Positions 60,243-64,000 of a stretch of DNA of 64,000 bases are shown here, piece by piece. Origin of the DNA: the human T2T-CHM13v2.0 reference genome, Homo sapiens. The position numbers were made by a program, and so were the translations under genes. Within the stretch, counting starts at the first letter, position 1; each line of letters begins with the position of its first letter. The notes below the pieces were generated by a model. That model searched no databases, was not told the origin of the DNA, and saw nothing but the letters and a program-made list of their open reading frames with translations. Where the stretch lies: NCBI RefSeq assembly GCF_009914755.1, contig NC_060938.1. One strand, given 5' to 3'.

Positions 60243-61072
60243 TGTGATGGTTCATTTTATGTGTCCACTTAACTAGGCCATGGGATGTCTAAATAGCTGG
60301 TTGAACGTTATTTCTGGGTGTGTCTGCAAGGGTGTTTCTAGAAGAGATTAGCTTTTGGATTGGTGGACTGAAAAAAGCAGATGTCCTTCTCTAATGTGGG
60401 TGGGCATCATCCAGTCCATTGAGGGCCTAAGGAGAACAAAATGTAGAAGAAGGTTGCTGGGTGCGGTGTCTCACACCTGTAATCCCAGCACTTTGGGAGG
60501 CTGAGGCGGGCAGATCACCTGAGGTCAGACGTTCAGGACCAGCCTGGCCAACGTGGTGAAACCCCGTCTCTACTAAGAATACAAAAATTAGCCGGGTGTG
60601 GTGGCAGGCACCTGTAATCCCAGCTACTCAGGAAGCTGAGGCAAGAGAATTGTTTGAACCTGGGAGGCGGAGATTGCAGTAAGCCAAGATCGCGGCATTG
60701 CACTCCAGCCTGTGTGACAGAGCAAGACTCTGTCTCAAAAAAAAAAAAAAAAAAAAAAAAAAAACAAAAAAAAGAAGAAGAAGAAGGTTGAACTAACTCT
60801 GACTGCTTAAGCTGGAGCATCATTCTTCTCCTGTCCTCAGAGTTCCTGGTTCTCAGGCCTTCAGATCTGGACTAGAATCTCTACTGTCAGCTTACCTGCT
60901 CTCATTCACTGGAACCACACTGCTGGCTTTTCTGAGTCTTCAGCTTGCAGATGGCAGATAATGGGACTTCTTAGCCTCTCTAACTGCATGAGCCAATACC
61001 TTATAATAAATCTCTTCATAGATATGTATGTATCCTGTTGGTTCTGTTTCTCTGGAGAATTCTGATGAAAAC
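60243..61072 (+). mobile_element. MLT2 (MLT2B3/D-type) ERVL solo LTR with Alu insertion
   Basis: TGTGATGGTTCATTTTATGTGTCCACTT, CAGCTTGCAGATGGCAGATAATGGGACTTCTTAGCCTC and GGTTCTGTTTCTCTGGAGAA. Confidence 0.85.
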
Positions 61073-61773
61073 AATATCCTAATACACTGATCCATGAATG
61101 CATGATGTCTTTCTACTTATTTGGGTGTTCATTAATTTCTTTCTGTCTTTAAAAAAAAAAGATTTTAGGGGAGGAAAAATGATGGAACAACTAGGATTAT
61201 AATATAAATTGAATTAATGATCTTCACTTCGAACACTCCCAACTTCAAAGCAAAAACAAAAACCAAAAAACCTCTTTTTCCTCCAGGGAAGTAAATATTT
61301 TGTCTACTTACTCATTTCATGCTAGAAAGCACAGTCTTGAGAATTTTGCCTCTACCAGGTCCTGTGGATCCCACCTCCTAAATACCTCTCAATTCAGTCC
61401 ATGTCTTAGTAATTCCAGGGAAGTCTACCTAGTCTGAATCACCGTTGTTTCTTTCCTAATGGGGTAGGTACCCTTGCATACACACTTTGCCCCTTTAAGC
61501 CATTTTTCACACTGCAGCCAGAATGCCAGAGTGATTCTTCTTATAACAGCAACTAATTGTGTCACCTTGCTTAAAGTGGTTTAATGGCTTCCCATTAGTT
61601 TTGGAATTGAGACCAATCAGCCTTGACATGGTCTAAGAAGCTACATAACCTGGGCTAGGCACGGTGGCTCACGCTTGTAATCCTAGCACTTTGGGAGGCC
61701 GAGGTGGGTGGATAACCTGAGGTCAGGAGTTTGACACCAGCCTGGCCAACATAGTGAAACCCCGTCTCTACTA

Positions 61774-61983
<210 letters not shown>

Positions 61984-62096
61984 TCAGAGAAGCCTGCCAA
62001 TTACCCTCACACTGTTGCCTCAGTGGATGTCTGTCTTTTGTAACACATCAGTGCCCCCTTCTGCTTAATCTTTGTATGAATCATGTTTTTAATTTA

Positions 62097-62642
62097 GTGT
62101 ATTTTAGGATGTTTTGACATCTTAGGGGGCTTGTGAATCCTAGAGTAACTGTCCCTGGCAGGATTTGCTTATTTTTAGAGATAACAACTTGCATTTGAGT
62201 CTTGCCATTCATATACAAACCAACCAATCCAAAGCCCATATCCCTAAACTCCTCCTCTATCTAACTCACACTCCCCTGCCTTAAATCACCTCAGGGCCAG
62301 ATGCTGCACAACTTAAGAACCACCCCTGTATATCAGAGCCCTCTGACATTATTAAAGCTGTCATGTAATATACTCAAGGTTACCTACCCTGCCTTGCCCG
62401 TTCTTTCCTGTGGAAACCAAAGATACTTCTTCCTTAAAAAAAAAAAAGAAGACTCTGGGCCATGCTCTTCCTTGCTCCTTTGCCCTCTTGACCAACTCTT
62501 GTGCTTCCCCATGCGACCCTTCTTGGCATATTGTGCCCTCCCCTCTCGGCAACTGTAAGAAATTCTTCTTTCAAGGCAGTTGTCTTCGTATCTATCATTT
62601 TACCATACCTGGTTAAAACAGAGTCCCAGGTACATATTAAAG
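62097..62642 (+). mobile_element. MER74/MER73-like ERVL LTR
   Basis: GATGTTTTGACATCTTAGGGGGC, TTCATATACAAACCAACCAATCCAAAGCCC and CCCTGCCTTGCCCGTTCTTTCCTGTGGAAACCA. Confidence 0.65.
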
Positions 62643-63377
62643 CAAGCCTTCATACATGTTGGCCCTCTATCTAAAAGCCTCTTCCCACTCCTTTCCCTTT
62701 ACCTGGTAATCCCTGTTATTCCCTAGATGCCTGCTTTAAAGAGATTTCCTTTGGTAAATCACCCTGAACCCTCAGACTAGTCCAGACCTCTCTTTGATAT
62801 TTTCCTCTTGACATTCAGCATTTATCCCAATTGAAAGTAATAATTACATTTGTGTAGTTATTAGATTATCTGTCTTCCTTAGTAAAAAGTAAGCTTATGG
62901 GCTGGGTGCCATGGCTCATACTTATAATCCCAGCACACTGGGAGGCTGAGGCAGGAGGATCACTTGACCCCAGGAGTTTGAAACCATCCTGGGCAACACA
63001 GAAAGATGCCATCAATACCAAAAAAAGGAAATTAGGTGAGTGTTAAGGTGCACCAGCCACTCTGGAGGCTGAGGCGGGAGGATCACTTGAGCCCGGGAGG
63101 TGGGAGGATCACTTGAGCCCGGGAAGTGGGAGGATCACTTGAGCCCAGGAGGTCGAAGCTGTAGTGAGCTGTGATCATGCCACTGCACTCCAGCCTGGGC
63201 AACAGAGTGAGACCGTGCCTCAAAAAAAAAAAAAAAGTTTATGAAAACAAAGTTCGTATTTATCACTGTATCTCCAGTGACTAGCATAATGTTTATTAAA
63301 TGTTAATTGCATAAAGGAAGGAAGAAAAATCACTTTGGGATACTTTCACTAGACATTCTCTATGCCTCATTCCTTTA

Positions 63378-63563
<186 letters not shown>

Positions 63564-64000
63564 TCAGGACGCTGAGGCAGGAGAATCGCTTGAGCCGGGG
63601 AGGCGGAGGTTGCATTGAGCTGAGATTGTGCCATTCCACTGCACTCCAGCTTGAGTGACAGAGACTCCGTCTCAGAGAGAAAAAAAAAAAAGAATCAGCT
63701 GGGCATGGTGGCTTGGGCCTGTAATTCCAGCTACTTGGGAGACTTGAGGTGGGAGGATGGCTTGAAGCCATGAGTTCAAGTCCAGCTTGGGCAGCAACGC
63801 AAGACCCCAACTCTAAAAAATAGAAAAATCTTAAGCAACCTTTTTTTTTTTTTTTTTTGAGATAGAGTCTTGCTCTGTGCAGTGGCACAATCTTGGCTTA
63901 CTGCCACCTCTGCCTCCCGGGTTCAAGTGATTCTCCTGCCTCAGCCTTCTGAATAGCTGGGATTACAGATGCCTGCCACCACGCCCAGCTAATTTTTGTA

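Overview
Human (primate) genomic DNA, extremely Alu-dense. The only protein-coding gene I can support is the 5' part of PTGR2 (prostaglandin reductase 2/ZADH1) on the + strand. It has a CpG-island promoter and non-coding first exon at ~45.3-45.7 kb, exon 2 with the ATG (52463-52546) and exon 3 (54187-54305); together these encode [52 protein letters not shown]. Later exons lie beyond the window. From established knowledge this places the window at 14q24.3, upstream of and within PTGR2. The first 45 kb is intergenic: Alus, old L1M/L2/MIR fragments, MaLR/ERVL solo LTRs, DNA-transposon relics and microsatellites. Solid extra observations are a 5'-truncated TAF15 retrocopy nested in an Alu stack, a hY1 (RNY1) retro-pseudogene in PTGR2 intron 1, a near-consensus AluYa5 with a perfect 17-bp TSD, and several local duplications or templated insertions. 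Nearly all ORFs in the supplied track are Alu or simple-repeat artefacts. I found no convincing novel biological system. The most speculative lead is a set of exon-like islands on the minus strand upstream of PTGR2 (a possible decayed gene or lncRNA), reported with low confidence. Repeat subfamily names come from remembered consensus sequences, and repeat boundaries are approximate unless a TSD is given.
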